IMG/VR virus record: IMGVR_UViG_3300035670_010691 | Location: 1-64,000 of that record | Direction: 5' to 3' (one strand) | DNA from: a virus | DNA: 64,000 nt | Shown here: piece after piece, positions 29,634 to 42,500 of the stretch | Position numbering within the stretch: position 1 is the stretch's first letter | Layout of the letters: every line of letters begins with the position of its first letter | Position numbers and translations under genes: made by a program | The notes under the pieces: generated by a model | Databases searched by the model: none | What the model was told of the DNA's origin: nothing | The model's input: only the letters and a program-made list of their open reading frames with translations

Positions 29634-29641
29634 AAATCTCT

Positions 29642-32600
29642 ATGATAATAGATAAAATATATCACTTAGCAGATATACACATACGAAACTTACAACGACA
29701 CAAAGAATACAGGTTAGTATTCCAAAAGTTTTTAGACCAAGTTAAACAAGATAATTTAGAAAATTCTGTTATTTATATTGCAGGTGATATTGCTCATGCT
29801 AAAACAGAAATGTCACCCGAATTGGTACAAGAAATTAGTACATTTTTATCACAATGTGCTGATTTAAGAGAAACCATAGTTATAACAGGAAATCACGATT
29901 GTAACTTAAATAATTCACATAGATTAGATGTACTCACACCGATTATCAAAAACCTCAATCATCCTAAACTACATTATTTTAGGGATACTGGTGTTTATCC
30001 TTTCCACAATCTTACTTTTGTTGTATATTCCATATTGGATCATAAGGATAATTGGCCTAAAGCAGACACCATTGCCGGAGAAAACAAAATCTGTTTATTT
30101 CATGGACCGGTAAATAAAGCCGAAACTGACATCGGATATACAGTATCATCAAATTCATTTACAGTAGATATGTTTGATGGATTTGATATGGTGTTGATGG
30201 GAGATATTCACCGAAGACAAAACTTGGGACAGGGGTATGAGCATATTGTTTATGCAGGTTCTCTTATCCAACAAAATCACGGTGAGTTATTAGAAAATCA
30301 TGGTTACCTTCTATGGGATGTTTTAAGTCGTACATATACCGAACATCATATCCACAATGACTATGGGTTTTTAACTATTGACGTTGTAGATGGAAAAATT
30401 CCGCAATGGGTATATGATGAAATCAATACTAAACTTCCAAAATATCCAAGACTCAGACTTCGTTTTACAAACACAGAAGCAAGTAGAATGAAACTGTGTA
30501 TTACTGAATTAAAAAAACTTTTTAATGTTGATGAAATTACAGTAACAAGGACGGATACAATTGGGCAACTTAAACAAAATAATAAAGTTAATAAAAATAT
30601 TGTTGGTAATGTAAAGGATGAGACTTTCCAAAATCAACTTATTAAAGATTATTTAGAAAGACAGTTTTTTCTTGATACGGAAGAAATAGACAAAATAACA
30701 AAAATAAATAAGGAATTAAATGGTAAAATATCCACCCAAGATATGGCTGAAAATATCTTGTGGATTCCGAAAAAGTTAGAATTTTCAAATATGTTTTCTT
30801 ATGGTGAGGGAAACAAAGTTGATTTTACCAAATCAAAAGGTATTGTTGGTATTTTTGCACCCAATGCATCTGGTAAGTCTTCTCTTTTTGACGCACTTGC
30901 ATTTTGTTTGTTTGATAAAACTTCCCGTACCTTTGTTGCTAAAAATATTTTAAATAATCAAAGTGATTGGTTTAGTTGTCGTTTTCAGTTTGAAGTAGAT
31001 GGTGTGGATTATTTTATTGAACGTAAAGCAAAATACGTAAGAAAAGGACAAGCAGTTAAAGTAGATGTTGATTTTTGGAAGGAAGATGGCGGTATAATTA
31101 CATCATTAAATGGAGAACAAAGAAGAGATACAAATAAAAACATAGAAAATTATATTGGGAACTTTGAAGACTTTGTTCTAACCTCACTTTCCTTACAGGG
31201 AAATAACGCACTTTTTATAGACAAGTCACAAACAGAACGAAAAGAAATACTTTCACAATTTATTGGGGTGGATATTTTTGATAAATTATATACCGAGGCT
31301 GCAGAAGAAAACAGAGAAAATGCAACCCTTATCAAAAAATTCAAATCTGACGATTTTACGACGCGACTTGCAAAAATTCAAAAAGACCTTCAAGAAAAAC
31401 AAAATGAGTATAAATTAGTTCAAATCCAAATGGATAGTTTGGGTGATAAAGAAGATGAACTAAATAAATCTTTGGTAAGATTAAACTCTAAAATAGTTCC
31501 TTTAAAATCTGATACGTTTGGAATTGATGTATTGGAATCTGATAAAGAAAGGTTAGAAATTAAACTTTCAAATCTTACAGATGAGATAGATAAATTGCAA
31601 AATAAAATAACTCATTTAGAGGAAACACAACTTGAATTAGAGGAAACACTTGATTCATTTGATGAAGATGAATTAGAGACAAAATATAAGTCTTTAATAC
31701 AAATCAAAGAAAGTAAAAAAGAGTTACAAAACCAAATTGAAAAAGTAGAAATAAGAAAAGAAGGTTTATTGGAAAAGAAAGACCATCTTGATTCTCATAA
31801 GTATAATCCAGAATGTCAAATTTGTGTTGAAAACTCTCAATCTATACTTGAAGGTAAAAAGACCCTAATCGAACAATTGAACTCGTTAGAATTAGAATTA
31901 AGTGGGTTAAATGAAAAGTTAAACGTAGTTAGTCAAGAAGTTAATTTATTTGAAGATGTAGAGCAACAATTTAAGGATTTACAAATTCTAAAAGAAAAAG
32001 AAATTAGATTAGACAAGGAATTATCGTCTATAATAAACAAAGTATTTCAATTGGAAGTACAACAAGATAAGTTAAAAACAGAAATTCAAAAAACTGATGA
32101 ATTAATACAAGATTACCATCAGAATGAAATACAAATTGAAAAAAATAATTCAATCCGTCAAGAAATAAAAGTTGTAAGGGATGAACTTGAATCAGTAAAA
32201 TCTAATTCTAAAAAAACAAATTCAAAATTATTGTCTTTGAATGGTGAAGTTAGCACTCTTAAGTCAAACAAACAACAGATTGAAGAAAGAATACAAGAAG
32301 TAAGGGATTTAGAAGAACAAAATAGACTATACGATTATTACTTAAATGCACTTGGTAAAGATGGAATACCATATGAGTTGATTGAGAAAGCACTTCCTAT
32401 GATTGAGGGTGAGGTCAATAATATCTTGGGACAAATCGTAGAATTTGGTATGATGTTGGAGATGGACGGCAAGAACATTAATGCATATCTCGTATACGGA
32501 GACCAACGGTGGTCTTTGGAAATGTGTAGTGGTATGGAAAGATTTATATCAGGTCTTGCAATCCGAGTAGCCCTTATAAACGTATGTAATTTACCACGAC

Positions 32601-32797
32601 CAAACTTCTTGGTAATTGATGAAGGTTTCGGTACATTGGATAGTGAAAACTTACAATCACTATTTATGTTATTTACTTACCTTAAAACTCAATTTGATTT
32701 TGTAATGATTATCTCACACATAGACAGCATGAGAGATGTGGTTGATGAGTTAATTGAAATTAAAAAGATAAATGGAAGGTCATTTGTAAAAAATTAG
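29642..32797 (+). CDS. Fused Mre11/SbcD nuclease - Rad50/SbcC ATPase (gp47-gp46 fusion)
   Basis: HLADIH, AGD, GNHD, GDIH phosphoesterase motifs; Walker A NASGKSS, CQIC zinc hook in the coiled coil, CSGMERF signature, IDEGFGTLD Walker B/D-loop, IISH. Confidence 0.92.
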   Translation: MIIDKIYHLADIHIRNLQRHKEYRLVFQKFLDQVKQDNLENSVIYIAGDIAHAKTEMSPELVQEISTFLSQCADLRETIVITGNHDCNLNNSHRLDVLTPIIKNLNHPKLHYFRDTGVYPFHNLTFVVYSILDHKDNWPKADTIAGENKICLFHGPVNKAETDIGYTVSSNSFTVDMFDGFDMVLMGDIHRRQNLGQGYEHIVYAGSLIQQNHGELLENHGYLLWDVLSRTYTEHHIHNDYGFLTIDVVDGKIPQWVYDEINTKLPKYPRLRLRFTNTEASRMKLCITELKKLFNVDEITVTRTDTIGQLKQNNKVNKNIVGNVKDETFQNQLIKDYLERQFFLDTEEIDKITKINKELNGKISTQDMAENILWIPKKLEFSNMFSYGEGNKVDFTKSKGIVGIFAPNASGKSSLFDALAFCLFDKTSRTFVAKNILNNQSDWFSCRFQFEVDGVDYFIERKAKYVRKGQAVKVDVDFWKEDGGIITSLNGEQRRDTNKNIENYIGNFEDFVLTSLSLQGNNALFIDKSQTERKEILSQFIGVDIFDKLYTEAAEENRENATLIKKFKSDDFTTRLAKIQKDLQEKQNEYKLVQIQMDSLGDKEDELNKSLVRLNSKIVPLKSDTFGIDVLESDKERLEIKLSNLTDEIDKLQNKITHLEETQLELEETLDSFDEDELETKYKSLIQIKESKKELQNQIEKVEIRKEGLLEKKDHLDSHKYNPECQICVENSQSILEGKKTLIEQLNSLELELSGLNEKLNVVSQEVNLFEDVEQQFKDLQILKEKEIRLDKELSSIINKVFQLEVQQDKLKTEIQKTDELIQDYHQNEIQIEKNNSIRQEIKVVRDELESVKSNSKKTNSKLLSLNGEVSTLKSNKQQIEERIQEVRDLEEQNRLYDYYLNALGKDGIPYELIEKALPMIEGEVNNILGQIVEFGMMLEMDGKNINAYLVYGDQRWSLEMCSGMERFISGLAIRVALINVCNLPRPNFLVIDEGFGTLDSENLQSLFMLFTYLKTQFDFVMIISHIDSMRDVVDELIEIKKINGRSFVKN

Positions 32798-32871
32798 TAC
32801 GAAGACTATAAACCAAAAAAAAATAATAGAACTCCAAATTATGTTTGAAAGTAAATGATGTTTGTTGTATT

Positions 32872-33057
32872 TCATTTAGTTTTTAAAACATTAAACGTTT
32901 TATTTACTTCAAGTTTTCGGACACTTGCGTATTGATCAATAAGTCTTTCAATTACCTTACTCATTTTTTTATCATTTTCAGTACAAAATTCTTTTAATTT
33001 TAAATGATGTTGTTCTGAAATTTGTATCATTTTATATCGTTTCATACCTTTATCCAT
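32872..33057 (-). CDS. Small ribbon-helix-helix-like DNA-binding protein
   Basis: KMIQISEQHHLKLKEFC...MSKVIERLI pattern; overlaps the upstream minus-strand gene. Confidence 0.55.
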   Translation of the reverse strand: MDKGMKRYKMIQISEQHHLKLKEFCTENDKKMSKVIERLIDQYASVRKLEVNKTFNVLKTK

Positions 33058-33440
33058 TTTCTTTCACTATTAAGGGTAAATGAACCAATATGTTCTCTTT
33101 TTTTCCAATATTCAGGTTCTATAAGAGATAAAAACATTTCACCATCGTCACCAACAAAAAGGTGGTATGTATCTCCGATGACTGGTTCAAAATTAAATTT
33201 AGATTTATAAACTAATTCATTCCACTTAAACTCTTCAACAAGTTTTAAATATTCATCTTTTAATTCATTAAATTTTGTTTTTAATTGGTGATTGACTTTA
33301 ATAACACTTTGTTGTTTCCAAGTAACAACATCATCCATTTTGATGGCGGGAGCTCCAACATTTGTCCCATATGGAAGGACATTAGCTATGTATCCCCGTT
33401 CATCATCAAAAACAATTAAATCCGATTTCTTTTTATTCAC
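33042..33440 (-). CDS. DUF2452-like protein (GTG start)
   Basis: LPYGTNVGAPAI and FEPVIGDTYHLF...FLSLIEP motifs as recalled for this family. Confidence 0.6.
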   Translation of the reverse strand: MNKKKSDLIVFDDERGYIANVLPYGTNVGAPAIKMDDVVTWKQQSVIKVNHQLKTKFNELKDEYLKLVEEFKWNELVYKSKFNFEPVIGDTYHLFVGDDGEMFLSLIEPEYWKKREHIGSFTLNSERKWIKV

Positions 33441-33463
33441 TTTATTTTTCTATAGATTTCTAA

Positions 33464-33471
33464 TATAAATA
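33464..33471 (-). promoter_or_regulatory. Late motif on the minus strand (reads TATTTATA)
   Basis: TATAAATA on +, 23 nt upstream of the minus-strand start at 33440. Confidence 0.5.
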
Positions 33472-33493
33472 CAGGAATATCCTTAATTTTTTA

Positions 33494-33502
33494 ATATTTA
33501 TA
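33494..33502 (+). promoter_or_regulatory. Putative late promoter motif ATATTTATA
   Basis: 20 nt before tail fibre ATG 33523, back-to-back with the minus-strand copy. Confidence 0.55.
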
Positions 33503-33522
33503 GAAAAATATTTTATTGAATA

Positions 33523-36500
33523 ATGCCCATAATCAAATCATTTGCACCAAAATTAAATTTAACAAATTATCAAACTTTTTTAGTTGATGATGATCCTAAT
33601 TCTACATATTTTAGAATTACAGAATTTCAGGAGACATTTACGGGTGGTAAAAATGGTTTTCTAATTGAAGGTTCATCGTTTTTAAAACCGACTACAGAAA
33701 TTAAAATTGAATTGTTAGATGTAGCCGGTAATCCAATATATTTTGAACCAGGGGACGGTATTCCTGAATATTATGAAGGTTTATCAAAATTAATATCAGT
33801 TCATGTTTATGATGATACACCAATTGGACTCGGTAAAATTACAATTTTAGGAGAACTTTCACAATATATTGATAATACTGGTATAATTCGTGATGTTCCA
33901 AGTGAATGGAAGGGTGTTTATAATGTAAAATGGGAAAGAGTTTTTCAAGTAAATAAAAATCTTTCAAACGAAACGATAGTCCGATTTGTTAAAAGACCAG
34001 TAATACAAATTGATGAAATTGTTAAACCTATCTTTACAAAGGATATACCACAAATTACACAAACGGGTACTGCATCAGGTGTTGGTGAAAATCCAGGTGA
34101 GGGAACGAGTTTAACGGGCTACAGAGCAGGTACTCTTTATCGTATTGCAATTACGGATACTTCAAACTTTACTTCTTCTATTGACGAAAATGTAATTAGT
34201 TTTCCAAGTTTAGGATATTCAGCAACAGTAAAAGAAGTCCTTAATAACAAAGAAGTTTTAGTAGATACTCCCTACACAGTTAATAGCATTGTTACCAATT
34301 TTCAAAATCAATCTTACACTTCAACTTACGAATACCCAGCCGGTGCAATAACCGAGGAAAGTGCTCTTACAGGTTCATTTGCAAAAGTAAATATTTCAAA
34401 TTTAAAAACTTTCGTTGGTGACGTAGCAAGAGTAAAAGTTTATAGAAAAAGTAGAAATGAGGTGGGTGATTTTCAATTGGTTCAAGACTCTCGTTTAGAA
34501 TCGGTTGAGTTATTAAGAGATATAACAATTACAAGTGATACCGAACTTAATTATGGAGTTTTACAACCCTCTACTTTCCAAGATTATTGGATAACAAGTT
34601 CAAACCACCCAACAGAGTTTGATGATACTTATTTATTTGCTTCCTTAAAATCAGATTATGATACAGGTACGGGTGGAACCTTTACCCTTCTTACTTCACA
34701 ATCTTTTAATATAAGTGATAATGTAGAATATAATTTATCATTTAAAACAAGATTAAGTGGGTCTGTTTCTCCTACCAAAACCATAAGTGCTTTCCTTACG
34801 GGTTCGTATTCATCATCGGTAAATGGAAATCCTGTTTTGGTACAATACCGACAAAACTTTATCAGCAGAAGTGTTGATAACACATATCTTCAAAGAAAGA
34901 ATATAAGTGAAAATATCATTTCAAATTTTAGTGGAAGTGCAAGACTTGGGTTTGAATTTGTTGGTGATGATTGGTATGTAGCAAATATAAGTTTAAAGAA
35001 TGCTCAGGAAACTTCATTTTCACCTGATGAGTTTACCTTAATACAAGAAGTACCGAGAAAATTACCAAAAGAAACTTTTGATTTTCGTTTTGAATTTTAT
35101 GATATAAATAACAACTTCATACCCGTTGAAGTAACAGCTACAAAAGAATTTACGGGTGGTAATACAAGTGACACTTCTACCCTTACCAAGTTTTTAAATT
35201 TTGAAAGTGATAGAACTGCTTTTCGTTTTACAACGGGGTCACTTGGTAATCCTGAATTTCAACAAATTGCTTTTAAAGTATCAAGTAATTTATTAACAGG
35301 TTCAGTCACTTATACTTCACAGGCATTCGACTTTACTGGTTCTTTACTAACAAGTGAGTCTTATGATGGAGGACAATATCCTGGATTTCTTACAAACGCA
35401 TCAACAGCTGGTGCTACTCTTACAATAGCAAACTTTACGGGTTCAAGAAATGATGTTATTGTTGGTTCTATTGTTTATACTGCATCTCGTGAAGATTTCC
35501 AAGAGTTTGAAACTGTTTATCGTTTTGAAGATGGTGAAAACGCACCAAACCTTTTTGCAACTTCAAATGCAAATCAATTTATTTATGAACCAACTACGAT
35601 TTCTCCAAAACCTTCGGGACAAGAAATACGAATTCAGGTAAAAAGAAAAAACTTAGCATCATTAATAACTCCAATTACTGCAAATTCATCTTCTGATGCC
35701 CCATTGACGGTAGTTGATGATGTAAATGGCATTAAAACATTTTCTATTTCAGCAACACAGTTTTCACAAAGTTTATTTGTCGGACAGAACGGCCCGTACC
35801 AAGATGTAACCTATTCATTTACCGCGAGTGATGAATTTAATAATCCATTTAGTGATGAGATTACTATTTCTCCGGTAATTAACTTTGATGGTATTTCTGT
35901 TGTTTTATCAAATGAAAATACATCATTTAGGGCAAATTCACTTGGAACAGTAACTTCAACAGAATTTGATGAAGGAGACGGGTTTGTCACAGTTAATATA
36001 GGTAATGAGTCTATATCACATAATAATGGATTATCACAAAGAAACACATTTGATATAACATCTGTAACACCTACTGCAAATATAACACCAAATTCATTTA
36101 CACCGAGCACAAATTCTTATGGAATTTCTGCTATGTCAGTTGATAGTGGTTCTATTGATATAAACATAAGTTATAAAGCGGGTGACAACTTTACAACACA
36201 ATCATTTGTTAAAAAAGTTAATTATACCAAAAATAGAATAGCAGCTCCTGTAATTTCAATACAAACAACAAATAAAAATCAAACGGTATCGGCATATTCA
36301 ACGGGAGTTCAAACAGGTACGTTTTCTAATGCGTTTGTTACTGTAAATGAAACTTATTTAGGTAATACTAATTCTAAAACTATTACCTCACTTACCGCGG
36401 TTAGACAAGATACATTAGCAAATCTTACAACGAACCCATCAACGGGAGAAATTACATTATCTGGTCAAACTCTTGCAACAGGGGTAGATAGTACAACTGT

Positions 36501-39500
36501 TTTAGTAACTGCAACAGTAACAGATACGGAAGGTTCATCGAGAACAGTTATTGATAATATAAGTTTATCAAAAGCTAAAAATGCTCCACCAAATGTGGAA
36601 ATAGCGGTAAGACCTTCATCACAAACAATAGAAGCTAATTCAAGGGGAAGTGGATCTGCTGTACCACAATCATTAACTATTACTGCAACGGAAGGTGGGG
36701 TTGATAAGTTTGTTAGTTTAGGAACTCCTTCTTTTACTAATGGCCTTGCAGGTTCAGCATCAACAAATACAATTACTTTTACAAACACCGCATCAGATAT
36801 GACTTCTGATACGGGAACTGTTTCTATTCCTGTAAATTATACCGATAGTGAAGGTACATCTGGTCAAAAAATAACAATAGCTACTGTTTCAAGAGTAAGA
36901 AGAGCACAACCAAGTGTAACTGTAACTGCTACTCCACAGGCACAAAGTGTTAATAGTAAATCAACAGGTGAGGTTATATCAACTCCACAGGACGTTGTTA
37001 TAAAGGCCTATCAAGGTAACACAGAATTGACATATGATGTTACTTTATCTTCTAATTCAACATATAATGTTACGGGTCAGACGTTAGGAAGTAGAATAAA
37101 TAATACAATTAGTATTTCTTCTGCACAAGTTACAAGTGACACGGTGACGGGAACCGTTACCGTTGGTTATAAAGACGAAGAGGGTACTATTGGTAGCAGA
37201 ACGATAGAATATACAGTTTCAAAATCCAAAGCTGCGGTTCCAACTATTCTAATTACTGCTACTCCTCAGGCACAATCAGTATTAGCAGACCAATTTGGAG
37301 TTCAAACTGGAACCTTAAGTAACGTTACAGTTGATGCAATAGAAGGTTCAACATCACAGTTTGACAGTATGTCAATTACAAGTACGTCTGGATTTTCAAC
37401 AGCTCCAACTGTAAGTTCTAATACATTAGTTATGACTTCTGCTGTAATGAATTCGGATGAGGGGTCTGTTACATTAACTGTAAATTATACGGATAGTGAG
37501 GGAACTTCTTCATCAGGAAGTATTACAATAAGAACCACAAAAGTTTCAGTTGGTTTAGATGGTTCAAATGGTGGTGATGGTAATGATGCAAAAGTTGTAA
37601 GTTTAACTGCAAACAGATATGTAATTCCTTACGATGGTGACGGTAATGAAAGTGGTTCAAATAGTATTACACTTACCGCCACCGAACAAAATCACGAAGG
37701 AACGGTTTATTACGAATTTTTACAGGGTGTTACGCAAAAACAGAATACAACGGCGAATACATATGCAGTTGATGAGGCAGAAGAACCTGCACCAGGAACT
37801 TCTGATTTATGGACTGTAAAAACAAGAGAAGGTTCTTCGGGTGGAACTGTTATAGCATTTGATACCATAGACTTATTTGGTGTTAAAGATGGTACAAACG
37901 CAAGGTCAATTAGACTTTCATCCGATTATCAATCTTTCGTTGAAGCAAAAGACGGTACAATAACACCTTCAACCATAACATTTACAGCTTCAAGACAAAA
38001 TATTTCAACAGCAACTACATTTACTCCAACTCCATCAGTAACACTTGGGGGTTCAGGAGATGTAAGAACTCTTTCTTCTACTAATTTCGGAAGTAATACA
38101 TCTGTGACTATAAATGCATCATCCGAGGGATTTGAAGACGAAATAACTATTGTAAGATTAGTAGAAGGTTCAGATGCGGTAAATGTTATAAGTACAAATC
38201 AATCTCATACTGCTCCTTCTGATTTTGATGGAACAAATACAGACCTAACAAATAGTGGAACAACTATAAAGGTATTTGAAGGAACAACAGAACTATCTTA
38301 TGATGGAGTTGGTACAAGTGCGGGTAAATGGACTGTTGCTACCACAGTTTCTCCGGCAGGAAAAATTACAGTTGGTTCAATTACAGATAATGGTGATAAT
38401 ATAACAGTTGGTGACCATTCAAATATGGCTAATGACACCGATGTTGTATTGGTAATTTATGAAATTACAGGTCAAAAACTTAATGGTGACAGTTTTAGTA
38501 TTAACTCTAATCAAACCATAACAAAATCCAAAGCTGGTAAAAATGCAATTACTGCTTTCTTAACAAATGAAGCTCATGTTTTACCAACAACAAATACTGG
38601 TGAAACAAATTATGCAGGTTCGGGAACATCAATTATTGTGTATAAGGGAGCAACTCAACTTGAAGGTATTTTAACTCAGACTCCTACAACAAACCAATTT
38701 AGTGCTTCCGCTGAAGTAACATTAGGTGAAATAACAATTGGTAATGCAACAACTTCAAGTAATGAAATTATATTTGCAACCCACAGTTTAATGAATACTG
38801 ATTTAGCAATTATAAAATATACAATCAATATAGAAAATGAAATTTTCCTTGAAAAATTTCAAACACTTACCAAAGTTAGAGAAGGTTCGGACTCAAAAGT
38901 AGTAACTTTAAGTGCTAACAGATACACAATCCCATATGACGGAGATGGTAATGAAGATGGTGAATTAACGATTGTTTTAACAGCTACACAACAAAATCAC
39001 GTTGGTACGGTTTATTATGAATTTAGAAGAAGTACAGACGGTGGTTCTACTTTTACTCAAGTTCAAAATACAACAACAAACACATACACAATACCCGACG
39101 CATCAGAACCTGGTCCTGGTGAAAACCATGTCTATCAAGTAAGAACACGTGAGGGAAGTGATACTGGAACAGTCGTTACATTTGATAATATAGATGTTTT
39201 TGGTATAAAAGAAGGTTCTGATGCCTTTACCGTATTTTTAACAAATGACTCACATACATTTCCAGGTAATAACGATGGTTCTGTAAATTCAGGTGACTTA
39301 GCTGCAGGAGCTACACAAATTAGAGTATTTAGAGGAACAACTCAATATACGTTTGATGATGGTGGTACTCCAGCGGACAATACATATACAATTGGAACTG
39401 TTTCTCAAAGTGGAATTACGGTGTCTGCATCTACTGTTTTAAACCAAAGACAATTTACACCAACCGCAGTTTCTGCTACAAAAGGTTCGGTGGCATATGA

Positions 39501-42500
39501 AATTATTGATAATGAAACAAGTACTACTTTCAATAAAATTTATACATTTGGAGTTTCAGTAAAAGGAGATACAGGTGAGGACTCACAAACGATAACCTTA
39601 TCAGCAGATGCACAAGCGTTTAGAGTTGCACAAAATGGAAGTATTACACCTGACTCAATTAAATTATCAGTCAATAAACAAAATTTAACTGATACAACAA
39701 ACTGGACAACAAGTCCTTCCGTAACATTATATACTGCTCCAACAGGTGGAAGTACAACAACAACGGGTGACACCGTTTATTTAAGAAAAGGTGATTTTGG
39801 TTCAAATACTTCTGTTTTAGTAACCGCAACTGCTGGAACATTTAGTGACTCTACTACAATTGTTAGATTAGAGGAAGGTTCGGATGCTATAAATGTTATC
39901 AATACAAATCAAGCTCACACACTTCCTGCTGCATCTGATGGTACTGTTTCCTCTTATGATAATAGTGGAACTACTATTAAGGTATTTGAAGGTGATACTG
40001 AATTGGCGTATGATGGTGTTGGTACAAGTAATGGTACATGGACGGTGAGTATATCACAAAACCCAACATCAACAATAACAGTTGGTAGTATTACTGATAA
40101 TGGAAATAACATCACGATTGGTAATCATTCAAATATGGCGATTGGTACTAGTTCTGTTTTAATTACTTATTCAATAAGTGGTAAAAGACAAAATGGTACA
40201 TCATTTTCTATTGATACTACTCAAACTATTACAAAATCAATAGCAGGTACTGATGGTGTTAATGGGTCTAATGGAACCGATGCTAAAACCGTTGCTCTAT
40301 CCGCTTCACCACAATATACAGTTCTTTACGATGGTGATGGTACAAAAACTGCGGTTGCAATTACCCTGACAGCAACTCCTCAAAATTTTACAAATCCTTA
40401 TTATCAATTTACACAAGATGGTACTGAAAGACAAGCTTATTCTACAACAGCTACATACTTAATACCCGATGCACAAGAACCTGCTGCAAATACTTCTGAT
40501 TTATGGCAAGTAAATGTTAAAGAAGGAAACGTTGGGTCTGTTGTTGCTTTTGATAATACTGATATTTTTGGTGTAAAAGCAGGAACCAATGCAATTACGG
40601 CATTTCTTACAAACGAAGCTCATACTTTACCAACAACAAACGCGGGTGTTGTAACTTATACAGGGTCAGGTACATCTGTTGTTGTACTGAAAGGAGCAAC
40701 TGAATTAAATGGTATAACAAGTGGAACTCCAACATTAGGTCAATTTACTGTAACAACTGCTGTTACAACTGGAACCATTACTGTTGGTGCAAAATCGTCA
40801 CCTGGTAATCCTATGGTTTTTGGTGATCACACCAATATGACTACTGATTTGGCGATTATTGAATATACAATAAATGTAGAAAACCTTGTTACTCTTAAAA
40901 AATATCAAACTCTCGCAAAATCAATAGAAGGTGATAAAGGTGATCCAGGAGATACAGGACCCTCTGGTTTAAGAACCACATCTGGTATGGTTCATTATCA
41001 GTTAGTATCAACATCTGCTCCATCAAGTCCAACTGCAACATCATTTAATTTTTCAACAGGAGGATTTACAGGACTTACCGCTAATTGGGGAACAGGTGCC
41101 CCTACTTATGCAAGTGGTAATACAAACAAATATTGGTATGCAACTTATACGGTAGTTGAGTCAAGTGCAGGAAGTGGAGTTGGTACTCCAACATTTGGAA
41201 CAGTTACTCAGGCAATAGGATTTAGTGGTTTAGTTTCATTTACAGCTGCTGAAAATATAACAGATGGTACAAATACTCTTTCATTTGGTGTTTCGGGTGC
41301 AACCCTGATAAATGGTGATAATATTTCTACAGGTAGGATTATTTCTACGAATTACGTAACAGGAAGTGGTAATGGATTTACAAATACAGGCACTGAATTC
41401 AATTTAGATGAAGGTTTAATTGCTTCTAAAAATTTTACAATTAAACCAAATGGTGATGCTGTATTTAATGGTAGTGGTACATTTAGTGGTACTGTAAACG
41501 CATCAGGTGGTTCATTTACCAATACTGTAAGTATAGGATCTGGTGCTACCTCGGGTACACTTACAGTTGGAACAGACACCAATAAAATTACTATAATTGG
41601 AACAAATAGTGAAGATACTACAAAAATATATTCTGGTACGGGTACTTATGGTAATAGTAATACCGGTTTTTATTTAGGTGCTGATGGTCTATTTTCATTA
41701 GGAAATAAACTAACATTTGATGCTAGTAGTAATTTAACCATAAGTGGAAATATAACTGCAACTACCTTGACTGCAACAACCAGTGGTAATATTGGTGGGT
41801 GGAGTATTAATAATGGTTATTTAGAAAAAGATGGTGTAAGATTAAATGCAGGATCAAATAACGGGTATCTTGGAATAGGTCTTACCTCTTATAATTCGGG
41901 TTCGGGTATATGGATAGGTGAAACTTCATCTGCTCTTTACCAAATGAGTATTAAAAACACGACTACTAATAAATATATTTTATGGGATGGTAGTAATTTA
42001 CAAATAAATGCTGGTAATTTTTCATTAAATTCCGATGGTGATATAACAGCATCCAACGTTCAGTTTAATGATGGTACTTTTAGTGGTACAGTTTATGCAA
42101 CAGATGGTATTTTTAGTGGATCAATTACTGCTACTGGCGGCACTATTGGTGGATATACTATTGGAGATAATATTTTAACTTCAACAACTGGTAAAATTGA
42201 AATTGGTAAAAATGAAATACAAATTTATGATAATAATAACTTATTAAAGTTTGACGTAAATACAGAGACATCTCTACCAAATCCAAATCTTAATGATAGT
42301 GGTACAACAAGTGGTAATTCATCAAATGCACTTAGTATACAAAGAACAACTAATGGGGTTACAAGTACGACAGCGACATCAAACATGGGTATATTTACCG
42401 CTGGTGTCACATCAACTTATATAGTATCGTATAGTTTTCCTGGTGGTACTGTGGGCACCAATCATTATGTTAGAGCTGCAGGTAGTGAAACTGTATCAAC

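Noticed and set aside
34656-42410. Minus-strand ORFs inside the tail fibre gene, and similar short antisense ORFs elsewhere
   Set aside because: Antisense shadows of a long biased ORF, with no motifs or ribosome binding sites
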